DNA from: the human T2T-CHM13v2.0 reference genome, Homo sapiens
NCBI RefSeq assembly: GCF_009914755.1
Contig: NC_060939.1
DNA: 64,000 bases
Direction: 5' to 3' (one strand)
In this document: piece after piece, positions 1 to 36,295 of the stretch
Position numbering within the stretch: position 1 is the first letter of the stretch
How the letters are laid out: every line of letters starts with the position of its first letter
Position numbers and translations under genes: made by a program
The notes under the pieces: model-generated
Told to the model about the DNA's origin: nothing
The model's database searches: none
Seen by the model: the letters and a program-made list of their open reading frames with translations, nothing else

Positions 1-531
1 GGAGTTCTGAGGACCTCCTTAAAACACACAGTGAGTAGGAAGCAGGACTTCAACTTGAACTCTGGTCTTCTGTCCCCAGATTCCACGGACTTTCCACCAC
101 TTAGGGGTCTGTGTTGTGGTGGATGAGCTCTGTGCATGGAATGAAAAGCAGAGGAACTGGACAGGCCCCTCCGGGGCAGCAGATTGCTGCACACAGTGGA
201 AACAGGCTGTCCAGATGCCCTGCTTCCCTGGCTACTGTTGGTTGCCTAAACCTCCCCCTAAATTGTTTGTGAGCCATGTTCTGGGAAACAGTTTTTCTCA
301 ACGGGAAGACCTCCTACAGTCCCACATTTTATTTTCTATGATTCAGTGACTCATCTCTAAAAAGCATTTATTGTCACTGGGGCATAAGGGTTATAAATAA
401 AGATGGTATTCTTACCACCTTCTTAATTGACTCCCAGAAATGCTGGCAACTCAGCCTTTGCCATTTCCTTATTTGGGAAGCTGTGATCCTTATATAAAAT
501 TACATCCAGTTCAAGCAAATGCTTGCAGTGA

Positions 532-1282
<751 letters not shown>

Positions 1283-1841
1283 TGAGACTTTCAGTGCTAA
1301 AACAGGGCGAGTCCTGAGCAAACTGGAATGAGGTGGTCACCTGACTCATGCTCCTGCTCAGCAAGTGCTGCTGTCCCCAAGGGCCATCTTCTTTGGTGAG
1401 GAAAGGATTAGGGATTTGGACATTTGTTGGAGTCATTCAGTCACAGAAGCACCTTCACTTTACAAGCAGCCACGACAGCCAAACCAGGGACCTGGGTCTC
1501 AGCTTGCAGTAGGAAGAGGCACACAAGAAGGATCTAGGCATGCAAGTCTTGCTCCTATCTGGGCCTCAGTTTCTCCGGACCTCAGTTTCTCCATCTGTAA
1601 GATGAGGGAGTTGGACGAGCTGTCCATTAAGGGCCCTTCCAGTGCCAGCATTCTGACTTATCCAGCATGGGTGGAGCTCAGGCTCTGAAGGGCAGCAAGT
1701 ACATCCTTTCTCCAGAATCAGCTTTGTCCCATTCTGATGCTTTGACACAGCACAATCAAGGAATATTTTAAGACTTTGTGTAACTAAGTCTCTCTGCAGC
1801 CTATCATCATGTCAAGGCAATAAAGACAATGGTTTCGTTAC

Positions 1842-1922
1842 CTCAAAAGGGAAATCCATAGATAGCACATCACACAGGCTTTCGGGAGTGCAAGGGAAGT
1901 TCTTTAGCCCCACAAATTTAAA
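1842..1922 (-). CDS. SNUPN: SNUPN exon 8 ([27 protein letters not shown]); not in the ORF track
   Basis: Translated by hand from the reverse complement. ttcag|TTT acceptor and GAG|gtaacg donor; 81 nt; continues the snurportin-1 sequence. The final exon (VDGLLFYH...) is not in the window. Confidence 0.96.
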
Positions 1923-1996
1923 CTGAAATAGAAATTAGAACAAGGAATTAGTACGTTATAAATGATACTGGCCCAAGCAATTGAAAATCTCTGTCA

Positions 1997-2455
<459 letters not shown>

Positions 2456-2564
2456 CAAACCAAACCAAACTAAACCAAGCCAAAACAAAAAAACAAAGAA
2501 GAAAAGTTTTCAGTCTCATCCTTCTCTACTAATTCCCCTCTACTTACTCTCTTAACTACTAGGT

Positions 2565-4430
<1,866 letters not shown>

Positions 4431-4544
4431 TATTGTACTAGGTTGAGTGGTTGTGTGTTATTCTCTTGGCCCCATGACAGCTACCACTAATAAAGGGCTA
4501 GTGAAATCCTTTTCACACCTGCAAGGATTTTTAGACTGAAGCAG

Positions 4545-5750
<1,206 letters not shown>

Positions 5751-5853
5751 GCCTCAAAAAAGATCATTTCATACATAATGATTATATTTAGATAACAGAC
5801 CAATCCACACTACTCCCCATAAGGAACTCAGTGATCCTAACACCAGGCCTTAC

Positions 5854-5931
5854 AGGATTAAGCTTGGTTTTCTCTCCCAGTCCTTCTTCTTCTGGTAACT
5901 TTGAATGCATCCAGTAGAATCGGAAATCAGT
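5854..5931 (-). CDS. SNUPN: SNUPN exon 7 ([26 protein letters not shown])
   Basis: ggcag|ACT acceptor and CCT|gtaagg donor; 78 nt, phase 0-0. Confidence 0.97.
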
Positions 5932-5990
5932 CTGCCACAGAGAAGGGAAACAGAAAGATGAAATACTTTCCATTTCAAACTCTAATATAA

Positions 5991-6860
<870 letters not shown>

Positions 6861-7919
6861 GGATGATAATAGTACTTACCTTACAATAAGGACGTGTTGT
6901 AAGGGATTTAATGAGCTAATGCAGAAAGTGCTTAGCAATGCACATCTTGATTGTTATTGTTTGAATGAGATGCACCTTAGAATTCTGAGTACCAATACCT
7001 AGTGTGTTTTGGAAACCTAGTATGCGGGAATGGCTTAGAAAGAAGCAGCCTATGGTGACAGCCTGCATGAAGATCACTGGAGGCCTGTTCACACATCAGC
7101 CTCAGGCCCATTTCTACAACGTTCTGATATGCCTGGTCTGGAGACTACACACCGAGAACCACTATGATAAACTAATTGACAGGGAGCAAAAGGAAGTACC
7201 AAAACCCCCAAACCCACCATTATACAACTGGGACAATGACGGGGAGAGTGTTCTTAACAGGGATGGAGGCCGGTGGGGCTCACTCAGCCTCACCTGATGA
7301 CTGCTGCTGTTACCTGTTAAGAATCACCAATAGTAAAATGTTGGGGGTATGGTGAAACAGAAGGGGAGAATATTGGGGCCTCTCCTCCTTTGAAAAGTCT
7401 CCTCCTAGAGCTAACCTTTGAGATTTGAGGTTCTGGGTCATACCAAGGAGGCCCTGCCATTTTCAGGGTCAGGATGTGGTTGGTGAAGGAGTGGAGGTTG
7501 CAGGAGTCTAGTAGATGGTGACTTACATTCAATTCCACCTTCTCTTCCTGGGGCTGCTGCACAAGGTGGCATCCCCACCCCCTTGCCCCACAATCTTCAC
7601 TGCCAGAAATCCTCCCATACTCTGGAGAGAGATAAGGGGGTGGGTGCAGCTGCTATCAAGTCCCAGCCTACACCCCTGCCATTTCTTTCTTTCTTCCTCT
7701 CAAGAACTGCATGTTTCTCTTAGTTCCTCCTATTTCTCTTTTAAAACTAAGCTAATTTAAACACACTCAAAGATGCAGGGAGCATTAGATAATGTTCTTG
7801 ATATACCACATCCTGTGCACACCAAGAAGTTGGTCACATACCAAACCCACATGCTGAGCCGCTTTCCCAGGAGGAGAGGAGAAGACAGGAAGAGCCACGA
7901 GAGGAGGATCCATCCCTAC

Positions 7920-8017
7920 CTGGCAATCATAAAAAGGGTGTCCCCGCCAGCACATCACATCCAGAACGTAGTAGGTCTGGTTTACCTCATTGTAAATGCA
8001 ATCTAGAATGGTGTAGT
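7920..8017 (-). CDS. SNUPN: SNUPN exon 6 ([33 protein letters not shown])
   Basis: tcctcag|AC acceptor and CAG|gtaggg donor; 98 nt, phase 1-0. Confidence 0.97.
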
Positions 8018-8802
8018 CTGAGGACACAAAGCAGAAAGTCAGCACAGAGTTCTTCTTCCAACCAGGTTCCCTCCACCACAACCTAGGGAGCCCCATCCCA
8101 GAGGCTTGAGTCCAACAATCCTCAGTGCTTGCAGCAGTCACTGGCACTAAGGACTAAGGATTCACTGGGGAGAGAACCCTGCCTGGCTACCAGCTACAGC
8201 TTCATGGTGACTCAGGGTAAGACAGCACAAGACGCATCAAGGCAAACCTTAAGCAAAGTGAGAATTCTGAAGTTTTAGATAAACTGGCACATTTACTCAC
8301 CTCAACGAGGTTTAAAAGCAAGTCATCTTCCATTTTAGTTTACAACTGCTTTTTGAGTTCCTATCATAGGCACTGTGTTATGTGGGGAATATTAACTATA
8401 AATATTCCCTGCCTTTAAGGAAGTTACCATTTGGTTAAGGGGATAAGATGATCACAGAAGAACTAAGAGCTAAATTACAGAGCTCATACTAAGAGCAACA
8501 GGAGTTCCCGAAAGAGAAGGCTGGAGCAGCAGGAAATGCTTCAAGGGAGAGATGCCATACAAATAGTCTTCTGGGACCAGCCGGGTTTAAACAACAGGGC
8601 AGAGGGGAGAAGAGAGGGCATTTCAGACCCAAGTACTGATGTGGCATGAGCAAAGCCCCAGAGGCAGAATGAACTGGGCACATGTGGGGAGATAAGTCAG
8701 CTGAACAGAAGGTGGGTATAAGGAGTAGGGGAAAGACATGGGATGGGTGGGACAAAGCCTGCATGTGAAAGGTACTAAACGCCAACAGAGAAGTCAGAGC
8801 AA

Positions 8803-9856
8803 GGCCAGGTGCAGTGGCTCACACCTATACTCCCAGCACTTTGGGAGGCCAAGGCAGGCAGATGGCTTTGAGCCCAGGAGTTTCAGACCAGCCTGGGCAA
8901 CATGGCAAAACCCCATCTCTACCAAAAATACAAAAAATTAGCTGGGCATGGTGGCACACTCCTGTAGTCTCAGTTACTCAGGAAATTGAGGTGGGAGGAT
9001 CACTTGAGCCTGAGAAATAAAGGCTGCAGTGAGCTGTGATCATGCCCTTGAACCCGAGCCTGGGCCACAGAGTGAGACCGTGTCAAAAAATAAAAAAGAG
9101 AAGTCTGGGCTCAGTACAGAGGACATGAGGAACCACCAAAGGAGCCTGAGCAGGTAGAGAAGAAAGCAAGCCCAGCTCTGCCAATTCCTTACTGAATAAC
9201 TGTGGGTAAGTTATTTCTCCCCCACGACCTTAGTCTACTCAGCTAGGCCCAGTGGGGAGGAAGAACCTAAGGTTACAACAATGAGAAAGGAGAAAAGGGA
9301 GTTTGGCAGGGAAGCCCCAGCATCAGCTGGCTGTACCATTATGCTTAGTATTCTCTCAGAGACGTTTCCCCCCAAATCTGTATCTGTTGTCCCGTAATAG
9401 AAGTCCAAAGATATGTTGACCTTAATTCAGGAATTTACGGACCATCAGGCCTCATGGGGCTGCATTTATTCTGCAACTGGGGACGCTTGACCTTGAAGGG
9501 GAGGTCCTTGGTCCAGGGGCCAGGATGGTGTCTACATGCAGTTTCAAAGATAAGCTTTCAGGCCGGGTGCAGTGGCTTATGCCTGTAATCCCAGCAATTT
9601 GGGAGGCCAAGGTGGGTGGATCACTTTGAGGCCAGGAGTTCAAGACCAGCCTGGCCAAAATGGTGAAATCCAGTCTCTACTAAAAGTACAAAAATTAGCC
9701 GGGTGCAGCCTATAATCCCAGCTACTCAGGAGGCTGAGGCAGGAGAATCACTTGAACCCAGGAGGCGGAAGTTGCAGTGAGCCAATATGGTGCCACTGCA
9801 CTCCAGCTTGGGTGACAAAGTGAGACTCTGTCTCAAAAAACAAAAAAAAAAAACAA
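8803..9856 (+). mobile_element. AluJ (8803-9098) and AluS (9561-9856)
   Basis: Alu consensus; the second has TSD caaagataagct(t/a)tca. Confidence 0.88.
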
Positions 9857-9878
9857 AGATAAGCTATCAAAGTGGGTC

Positions 9879-10192
<314 letters not shown>

Positions 10193-10261
10193 CAAAGTGG
10201 GTCTTTAAAGCAAATTACACTGTCTTTTACTGATCAATAAGTAGACACTCTATGTAGGTAC

Positions 10262-10355
10262 CTTTTGCTGTTGAGTTTCGCCTGTTGCCTCCTGGCAGAA
10301 GTGAAGAAAACCTGTTGACACAGTAGCCACTCTTGGTGTAGGCACTGGTAGAACC
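10262..10355 (-). CDS. SNUPN: SNUPN exon 5 ([31 protein letters not shown])
   Basis: tgcag|GGT acceptor and AAG|gtacct donor (weak at +4 to +5); 94 nt, phase 0-1. Confidence 0.96.
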
Positions 10356-10593
10356 CTGCATGGAGAGAAAGTTACCATTCTTATTAGACCTCAAGGTCTC
10401 CTCGCCCTCTTGCCTCCTCATTCTGCAGGAATGTTACTCGACCAAAGATGGCTCTCAACAAACCTTCCTGCAGGAAAGTGTTTCAAGCTCCACTCCAGGC
10501 ACAGCTGTTGTGGCGTATGAGGAAAATGGAGCACAAAGAATCCCTCCCACTACAGACCAGGCCTACTGGCATAGGGGGCAGGCAGCTACTCAC

Positions 10594-10698
10594 CCTGGAG
10601 GCCACGATAAGGGCTCTTTTTCCAACAGGGCACACGACCACAATCCATTCCTGCCCCAAATCTGAAGGAACGTCAATTAACCACTCAGAAAGCATCAA
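10594..10698 (-). CDS. SNUPN: SNUPN exon 4 ([35 protein letters not shown]), m3G-cap-binding domain
   Basis: ttccag|TTG acceptor and AGG|gtgagt donor; 105 nt, phase 0-0. Confidence 0.97.
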
Positions 10699-10743
10699 CT
10701 GGAAATGCAAAAAATAGTGTTAAAGATCAGCAGGGGTGTGCTA

Positions 10744-13083
<2,340 letters not shown>

Positions 13084-13529
13084 TAATGCTACCAGCCACA
13101 TCTCCCTTCCTGACATCCGTTCCCTTGGCACCATGACATAGCACTACTCTGTTTTTCCCTCTAAACATTCCTCCACACACTCCCCCAAAATATGTAATCT
13201 TCAGGGGGCTGTTTTAGGTCCCCCTTTTCTCTTAGATGCTGTTCCCATTAGGGGTGGATCTCATCTATTTCTATAGCTTCACTTGTGCCTCCTAATGCTC
13301 CTTCATCTCCAGACTTCTTTCCTCCACACTCATCTATATTGCGAGATGTCTGCTTGGTATCTCTTTCTGTTTGTCTCCTCTGCACCGAAAACTCAGTATA
13401 TCCAGAGTGGAATTAACTGCCTTCTGTTGCCTAAGTACTTCCCACCCCTGAAACACCTACCCTTCCCTTCTGCGTCTCATAACCTTGTTAATGGCATCAC
13501 CACTCCGTTACTGAATCTTAGAGTTTAAG

Positions 13530-15500
<1,971 letters not shown>

Positions 15501-15799
15501 AAATAGTAGTAGCAGCTAATACTTGTGGGGCACTTCCAGACTCTGGGCTAGGTATTTAAGGCATATTATTTCATTTAATCCTTCTACCAATCCTATGAGA
15601 TAAGTACTATTACTATCCCCATTTTACAGATAAGAAACCAAAGACTTAGAGTGGCTAAAATACCTTGCTTAAGGTCAACACAGAGCCTAGCTTTGAGATC
15701 AGATCTGTGTGACCTCAAAGCTTACATCCTTTCCCACTTCTTATACTGCCTCTCATATCCAGTCCACTGCTAAGTTCTTCCATTCTATCTGGCAACATT

Positions 15800-20953
<5,154 letters not shown>

Positions 20954-21599
20954 TAGTAGTTTCTTCTGATCCCTAATTCCTTAATTTATGACCCAGAAGA
21001 GGCCCATGCTGCATTGAGAATACAAGGATCGGCCCTGCCTTCAGAGTAGCTCAGCCTCAAACACTCTTATCCTGCCCTCTTTCCCTGTTTGCACATCTTG
21101 GCACTTAGAATTAAGTATATGGAAGACATTTCCTCAGATTCCCTTAGGAATTATTTGTCTTGAACTCCCAAGAGTGCCACAGAAACATTTGGGCTGAAGG
21201 CAGATGGGAAGACCACACCAATACCAGCATTCAGAGTGCAGAAGCCAAACACAAGCATCCCAGGAAATGTGGGGAGTGAAAGTCTGGGCGTGGCTTTCGC
21301 AAGTTCCTAAACCACAGAGCTCAGTACAGCTGCCAGGAAAAAAAGAAAAACTTAACCAAATAATTGAGCTTTTGGTTTCAAACTTCGGTGTCTCCCTAAT
21401 TCCTCATCTTCTCCTAAGCTCTGGGTATAAAAGAAACCTACCTCTGCCAGGATTTACCCCTCCCAACCTGTGGGCAAGAAGATCAGCCTACAAAGAGTCT
21501 ACTTTGAAGGGAGAGTCTGTAGAGACAAGCCTAGAGCCTTCGGAATGGTTCATAGCTCCTAGCCCAGAGAAAGAAGACAAGGAGTTAAAGCTTCCTTAC

Positions 21600-21757
21600 G
21601 ATTTCTGCAGTTCCAGTAACCTCCGGCGGCGCTCACTCTGCTCCAAGGAACTGTACTTGGACTTGTACTGGGATAGGCGGGGGTGTGGGGCAGCTGTGCT
21701 GTTCAGATCTTGAGACACAGAAAAGCTACTAGCCAGGGCCTGACTCAACTCTTCCAT
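21600..21757 (-). CDS. SNUPN: SNUPN first coding exon (exon 2), aa 1-53 MEELSQALAS...LLELQKS, start of the importin-beta-binding domain
   Basis: Translation matches the snurportin-1 N-terminus. Acceptor ctttgtag|GGAAGATG (exon starts 21762), ATG at 21757, donor TC|gtaagg at 21599; 158 coding nt, phase 2. Confidence 0.97.
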
Positions 21758-21968
21758 CTTCCCTACAAAGGAAAACGTAAGAAAATGGTTCATTCATTTC
21801 ATATCATCTCCTGTATACAGACAGTTATGCAGTTATGATATGATGGCCACATTCCTGAAAAAAAATTAACTTAATGCAAAATCACAAGTGTTTCCATGAG
21901 ACAAAAGGAAGTTAAAGGGTAAATGAGTCATATATTAGCAATAACATTATTTTCCTACAGATATTTCC

Positions 21969-25839
<3,871 letters not shown>

Positions 25840-25849
25840 TAGCCCCAGG

Positions 25850-27000
25850 TGGTCTTAGCACCAGTAACCCCCGCTCCAACTCCCTAAAGTCCGACCCGCC
25901 CCAGGCCCCGCCCACGCTCCACCCTCCCTCCCTGTCTAGCCCCCTCCCCCATCCCCTTCCCCCTCCTTCGCGTCTCCCCATCCGGCGCCCCCGCCTCGCG
26001 TCCCCTGGGTCCGCATCCTGGCAGCCTCCGCGTTTCCCTACCCCTGCTACCGGGCTCCAGCCCCGGGGACGCTATCTGCTTCACTCGGCCGTGCGCGCCG
26101 CCACCGCCCCGCACTGCCTTTTTCTAGGCATGGGGTCATCTAGGCCATGCATGATTCGCCCCTGCCCCACAGAAGTCCCTGAGGGGTCCTGGCCGGACAG
26201 CACGGAATAGAAGAACGGAAACTCTCCCAAAAGGAGTCCCAGGCCTGGCTCTATCCCTCCAGATGACGTCCCAGGAGGCCAGAGTGCAGGGCCGGCCAGA
26301 GGGAGTCACAGTCCGGCACCGAGAGGCAACTCGGCAGCTGGCGGGGCCCGGGCTCGAACCCAGGGACTCACCCAAACCGAGGTGACCGTCGCACGCGCCG
26401 CCGCCACCGGGGCCGACGAATCACCTGCCCTGGGAAGCTAGGTCCGCCCTCCCCCCGCCCCCAGCTGCTGCCTCACCGCTGGGCCCACAGGCCTCGCGCC
26501 CTGAGTTTCCGGCTCCTCCCTCCTTTGCGAACGCTGGGAGTTCCGTTGCCTACAGGCCGTTATTTCCGCCTTCAACGGCTGGGGCATTTCCCATCGGCTA
26601 GGGAGGGGGTCTTCTTGCATTTGCTTTGCACTGTCCGGGACTCTTCCTGCTAGATGACTTGACCAGGCCGAGGCCTCCCTCCTGAACACAAGCTCTTCGG
26701 GGCTCCTTTCGCCAATGGGAGGAGGCTGATCTTGTGGCCGGGCATTCAACGCCCTGGGCCCTGCCGCCTCCCGCAGATCTTCCCGGGCCTTAGGGCTTCA
26801 CCTGGAGTCCCCTTCCCCTCTTGGGCCCGTGCTCTTAAACGGGCAGTGCCAATTGCCTGGATTACTCCAACTAACCCCTCACACCCAAGTTTCAGACACA
26901 GACCTTCGCTCCCCCACTTGCCCTTAACAAAAGCAGATACATACCTCGATTACTGCCTGTTTGCTGCTTTTGCGAGCTTCTTTCCCACTCGGCTGCGGGC
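25850..27000 (-). promoter_or_regulatory. SNUPN: SNUPN CpG-island promoter with candidate alternative non-coding first exons
   Basis: CpG/GC-rich, with GC boxes (~25895-25912) and CCAAT at 26712. Minus-strand donor consensus sites TGG|gtgagt (exon end 26372), CAG|gtgatt (26425) and GAG|gtatgt (26945) lie upstream of exon 2. Confidence 0.8.
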
Positions 27001-27568
27001 TGAGCAATGGTAGGGACCTGGCTTGATTCCTATTTAAGTAGCCAGAGTCCAGCACAAGGGATGGCGCTCAGTAGACCCTGCGTGAAGGAATGATTAAATT
27101 GGTGCAAAAGACTAGGGTAAGCGGCAGAGATTTAGGAGATTAAGTCCTGCCAGGGTGTAGCCTCTGCAGGGCGGGAAGGCTGAGATTACAATTTTAAAAC
27201 TGAATATTTATTGAATGCTTACATTCAGCCAATCCCTGCTTCACACCCATCATCTCATTTAATTTTTTTCCTTTTTTTTCTTTTTTAAGCCAGTAGATAT
27301 TAACTCTTAATCATGACATGAGGAAGTAGACACACTGAAGCTCAGAGAGGTTAAGTAATTTGGCCAAAGTAACACAGCTTTCAAGGAAAATGTTTGAATT
27401 TGCTGAAAGTTTGATGTATAGGGAAGTTGACTACCGATGTATGACAGAAGCAAAGTATCCACCTTTGGCACATTTTGCGTCCACGGAATGCTAAAATTTG
27501 GACTTGTGTATTTTATGCACATTACACCATACATTCAGACTAAAAAGAATAGGAAATTAGGCTGATGA

Positions 27569-27760
<192 letters not shown>

Positions 27761-28845
27761 TGAGTAGCTGGGACTACAGGCGCCTGCCACCATGCCCGGC
27801 TAATTTTTTTGTATTTTTAGTAGAGACGGGGTTTCACTGTGTTAGCCAGGATGGTCTCGATCTCCTGACCTCATGATCTGCCCGCCTCGGCCTCCCAAAG
27901 TGCTGGGATTAAAGGCGTGAGCCACCGCACCCGGCCTGGACCTGAGATTTTATTTAGGTGGCTCTTTCAGTGGCCAGGCTGAGCAAAGCTGTCCACTAGG
28001 GTATTTATTTGGTGCATCCACAAATAAAAGCTCATGTCTGCCTGATTTATGAGACTGACAAAAAAGAGAAGTCCAGGGCCTGACTTCACTAGGGAATTTT
28101 GACACCCAGGATATTAGGTATTTTGTGTCCAAACAACCATCCCTTACAACCACGGAGGTCACATCTAATGGTCGGGCTGCATAGAAAAGAATAAAGACCT
28201 TAAACATTTTAGGAAAATAGACTGAGACTGAGAAAGAAGTTCCCAAATTCATGCCTGGAGGTCCAGGAGAAATGTTCTAGTTCCTCACTCACACCTAGCT
28301 GAATAACTTCCCATATCACTGAAAAAACAAAACAAAACCAGGTCAGGCACTGTGGCTCATGCCTGTAATCCCACCACTTTGAGAGGCCAAGGTGGAAGTA
28401 GCCCATGAGTTTGAGACCAGCCTGGGCAACATGACAAAAACCCATCTCCACAAAAAAAAAATTAGCTAGGTGTAGTGGTATGAGTCATGATCCCAACTAC
28501 TTGGAAGGCTGAGGTGGGAGGATCACTTGAGCCCAGGAAGTCATGGCTGCAGTGAGCTGTGATCCTGCCACTGCACTCAGCCTGGAGACTCTGTCTCAAA
28601 ACAAACAAAAACCAGAGCACCTGGCCCAGGGGTTCATTTAGAGCCAGTGGGTGTTTCAGAAGGGGCTACCTCTGGAATCTCAGCTTCAGAATGTTGGCCA
28701 CATGCACACACTGTGCTTTATGTCTTTAAATCAATTAATTTAAGAAAAAAGCCTGACTACATTTATTTAAAAGGGCAACATTGGCCAGGTGTGGTGGCTC
28801 ATGCCTGTAATCCTAGCACTTTGGGAGGCCAAGGCGGGCAGATCA

Positions 28846-29099
<254 letters not shown>

Positions 29100-29137
29100 T
29101 TACATCAATCACTTCCCACTTTATTAGAAGGTATCTA

Positions 29138-29829
<692 letters not shown>

Positions 29830-30146
29830 TATAATCTTGCTAGATAGATATGGATGTCTGCAGAAAGCTGTAAGTCTGGGGACTTTGTAAAAATCAGAGA
29901 TTAGCAAGTGTTGAAGTGATAAGGAGTCACACTAACAGAATTTTTCTTTGACGTAATCAGAAAAATTCAAAGAGGACAGAAGAGGGAAGAACCACTTTCT
30001 CACTCTATTATTCAATGTCATTAAAGTGGAATCTGTGTACCCCTTAAAATCTTCTGGTTGCCCATGGGCAGGAGAATCCTTACTTAGAAAAGAGAAGGTT
30101 GAGAGCAGGAAGGTGTCCAGCCCAGAGGGGAAATGGAGGGAGGTAA

Positions 30147-30578
<432 letters not shown>

Positions 30579-30947
30579 TGAGATAGCAGATTCCAGCTTT
30601 AGTGAGCTCCCGCTGGCTACTTGGTAGACAACTGAATGTAGGCAACCAAGTGTGGAGGCGTGGAAGCCAGTGAGCAGACCTTGCATGAAAGTATGTCGGG
30701 GGATGTGATAGGATTAAGATATAATCTAAAAATAAAACCTGGACAGTTTGTTACTCTTTTTATTGAGATGGAGTCTTACTCTGTTGCTCAGGCTAGAGTG
30801 CAATGGTTTGATCACAACTCACTGCAGCCTCAATCACCTGGGCTCAAGTGATCCTTCCACCTCAGCCTCTCAAGTAGCTGGAACTACAGGTGCATGCCAC
30901 CACACCCAGCTAATTTATTTATTTATCTTATTTATTTATTTATTTGA

Positions 30948-31067
<120 letters not shown>

Positions 31068-31136
31068 TAATCCCAGCACTTTGGGAGGCCGAGGCGAGTG
31101 GATCACAAGGTCAGGAGATCGAGACCATCCCGGCTA

Positions 31137-31683
<547 letters not shown>

Positions 31684-31893
31684 TAAAATAGGGGAAATTA
31701 GCACGAATTATACATGCGTCCTAGTCTAGTCCCCAGCCAAAACTTTCCCCCTGAGGTTTATTAGATCTGAGAGAAAATAGGAAAGGGAACAACTTCCTCC
31801 CTAAATCGATGTTGTTAAAGGCCAAGGCCATGCACCATCTAAGCCATTTTGAGGACCAGTGCTTCTCATTGGCCACCTGGAGACACCTTGTAG

Positions 31894-31992
<99 letters not shown>

Positions 31993-32034
31993 TGAGACCA
32001 TCCTGGCTAACACGGTGAAACACCGTCTCTACTA

Positions 32035-32277
<243 letters not shown>

Positions 32278-32280
32278 TCA

Positions 32281-32532
<252 letters not shown>

Positions 32533-33494
32533 CTAGGAGGGAGAAGCAGACGTGAAAGGGTGGCAAAGTCAGGCATCAAAGGGGGTCACAGGAGCCAGGG
32601 TACAGAAACTGCAGCCACAGGGGACCCTAAAGCTCCAGGGAGCCAAACCTCTTCCCTACTCCCACCCCACCCCAACCCACCCCCATCCCAAGGTCCCTGA
32701 GCCCCAGTCCTGGGTGAGAGAAATCATGAAAGTGGTTAAGGATTAAGGTCTTGGGCCCTGGAGCTAGATGGCCTAGATCCAAATCCAGACTCAGGTACCT
32801 GTTGGCACAGTGGCCTGGGTTTGTTATTTCACCTTCTGTGCTCAATTACCCTCTCTGTAAAATGTGGTTAACAACAGCACCTAGCTCATAAGGTTGTTAT
32901 ACAGTTTCATTGAGCTAATCTAGGTGAGGTGATTAGAATAGTACCTGGCACAGAGTAAGTCTTTAAAAGTGCTGTTTTGTTAGTCTTTAACTTGTTATAA
33001 AATAACCCCTCCATGACTGATTTACTTATATCTACAATAAATAAATTGACACCTACTTAGGTGAGCCCAAGAGAATCTCTTCTCTGCAGACAAAAGTGCT
33101 TGCCCAGACTTGAGGTGACATAGTTTGCCCAGGTTAGGTACAGGCAGAGGGTGACTGGGTGAGAATTTTAATCCAGACTTTCAGCCCTTACGGACTCCAA
33201 AATTCCTGACTTTTTTTTTTTTTTTTTTTAGACAGAGTTTTGCTCGTTGCCAAGGCTGGAGTGCAGTAGCATGATCTCAGCTCACTGCAACCTCTGCCTC
33301 CAGGGTTCAAGTGATTCTTTTGCCCTAGCCTCCTGAGTAGCTGTGATTACAGGCGCGCACCACCATGCCTGGCTAATTTTTTTTATTTTTAGTAGAAATG
33401 GGGTTTCACCATGTTGGCCAGGCTGGTCTTGAACTCCTGACCTCACGTGATCCATCTGCCTCGGCCTCCCAAAGTGCTGGGATTACAGGCGTGA

Positions 33495-33936
<442 letters not shown>

Positions 33937-34682
33937 TAGGATTACAGCACTTTGGGCGTTTACAGCACTTTCAGCCACCGCGCCAGGCCTGATTTTTATA
34001 TTTTTAGTAGAGATGGGGTTTTGCCATGTTGACTAGGCTGGTCTTGAACTCTTGACTCAAGCAATCCACCCACCTTGGCTTCCCAAAGTGTTGGGATTAT
34101 AGGCATAAACCTGGCCAAAACCCCTGATTTTTATCCCATGGACCCATGGAATGTTGCCTGCCCTGTATTTTTTTTTTTTTTTTGAGACAGGGTCTTGCTG
34201 TGTTCCCCAGGCTGGAGTGTAGTGGTGTGATCACAGCTCATAGCAGCTTCTACCTCTTAGGCTCAAGTGATCCTCCCACCTCAGCCTCCCTGAGTAGCTG
34301 GGACCATAGGTGAATGCCACCATGCCCAGCTACTTTTTTTTTTTTTTTTTTTTTCCTGTAAAGACAAGGTCTGGTTATGTTGCCCAGGCTGGTCTCAAAC
34401 TCCTGGGCTCAATCCTCCCACCTCAGCTTCCCAAAGTGCTGGGATTACAGGCATAAACCACTGCACCTGGGCCCTGCCTCATATTTTAAGGGGTCTACTT
34501 TCACTCCTGAGTTTCAGCTCATGAGCTGAATGAATGAGTGATTTGGTTCATCTCTGCTGAGATTCTGCCCTTCCATGCAGGGAACCAGCCTGGCCCCAGG
34601 TAGGGGGGAAATGTCCTTTACAAACTGCCCAGGGGCTTCAAAGTTGGGACCCATTCTTGGATTTTTTTTGGTTTTTCTTTGA

Positions 34683-34843
<161 letters not shown>

Positions 34844-35354
34844 TAGTAGAGATAAGGTTTCTCCATGTTGTCCAGGCTGGTCTTGAACTCCTGACCTCAG
34901 GTGATCCACCCGCCTCGGCTTCCCAAAGTGCTGGGAATATAGACATGAGCCACCGCACCCGGCCTTTCTTGGATGTTAAAACCAAGGTTTGTCCTAAAGA
35001 TTGCACAGCTTTCTGGAGCCAGGGCTGGGGATTGTTGGGGCAGTGAAGCACGTCTAAATTCTTCTCTACTTTGCAAGTGTTGACAGCACTCTTTTATATC
35101 CTTTTCTCTAAATCAGAAACAGAGCAGAAACTAGAGCCATCTCGTCCTGCCTCTTCCTATCATAGAAAGGAGATGGAGGGAGGCCTAGAGAGAGAAGGAG
35201 AAGCTTATGCCCCCAGTCCCGCAGCAAGTCAGAGGCGGACAAGACCCCTCTTCCCTGAAGCCCCTGCAGCCTCTCTGCCCCTCTGCTGCTGGAATAGGAT
35301 GCAGCATCTGCATGATGTTTGCTCTGTGCCAAGCACTGGGCTAGGAACAAGGCC

Positions 35355-35974
<620 letters not shown>

Positions 35975-36130
35975 TCAGGTAAGCTATTGTCTTTGAGCTT
36001 TAGTTCTGTCAGTGATAAAATGGCCATAATAATAGTGCCCATAAGGTTGTTGTGAGGACTACATGAGACAGCACAAAGCCTGGGGCGTGGTAAGCACTGC
36101 TGGGGTAGCCATTATTAGCTAGCTGAGTGA

Positions 36131-36295
<165 letters not shown>

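Noticed and set aside
21204-21713. 169-aa plus-strand ORF antisense to SNUPN exon 2
   Set aside because: No family resemblance and no splice or promoter support; chance ORF.
26581-26600. ZNF143/SBS-like motif gcatttcccatcggc in the SNUPN promoter
   Set aside because: Only a partial match; cannot be supported without PWM scoring or ChIP data.
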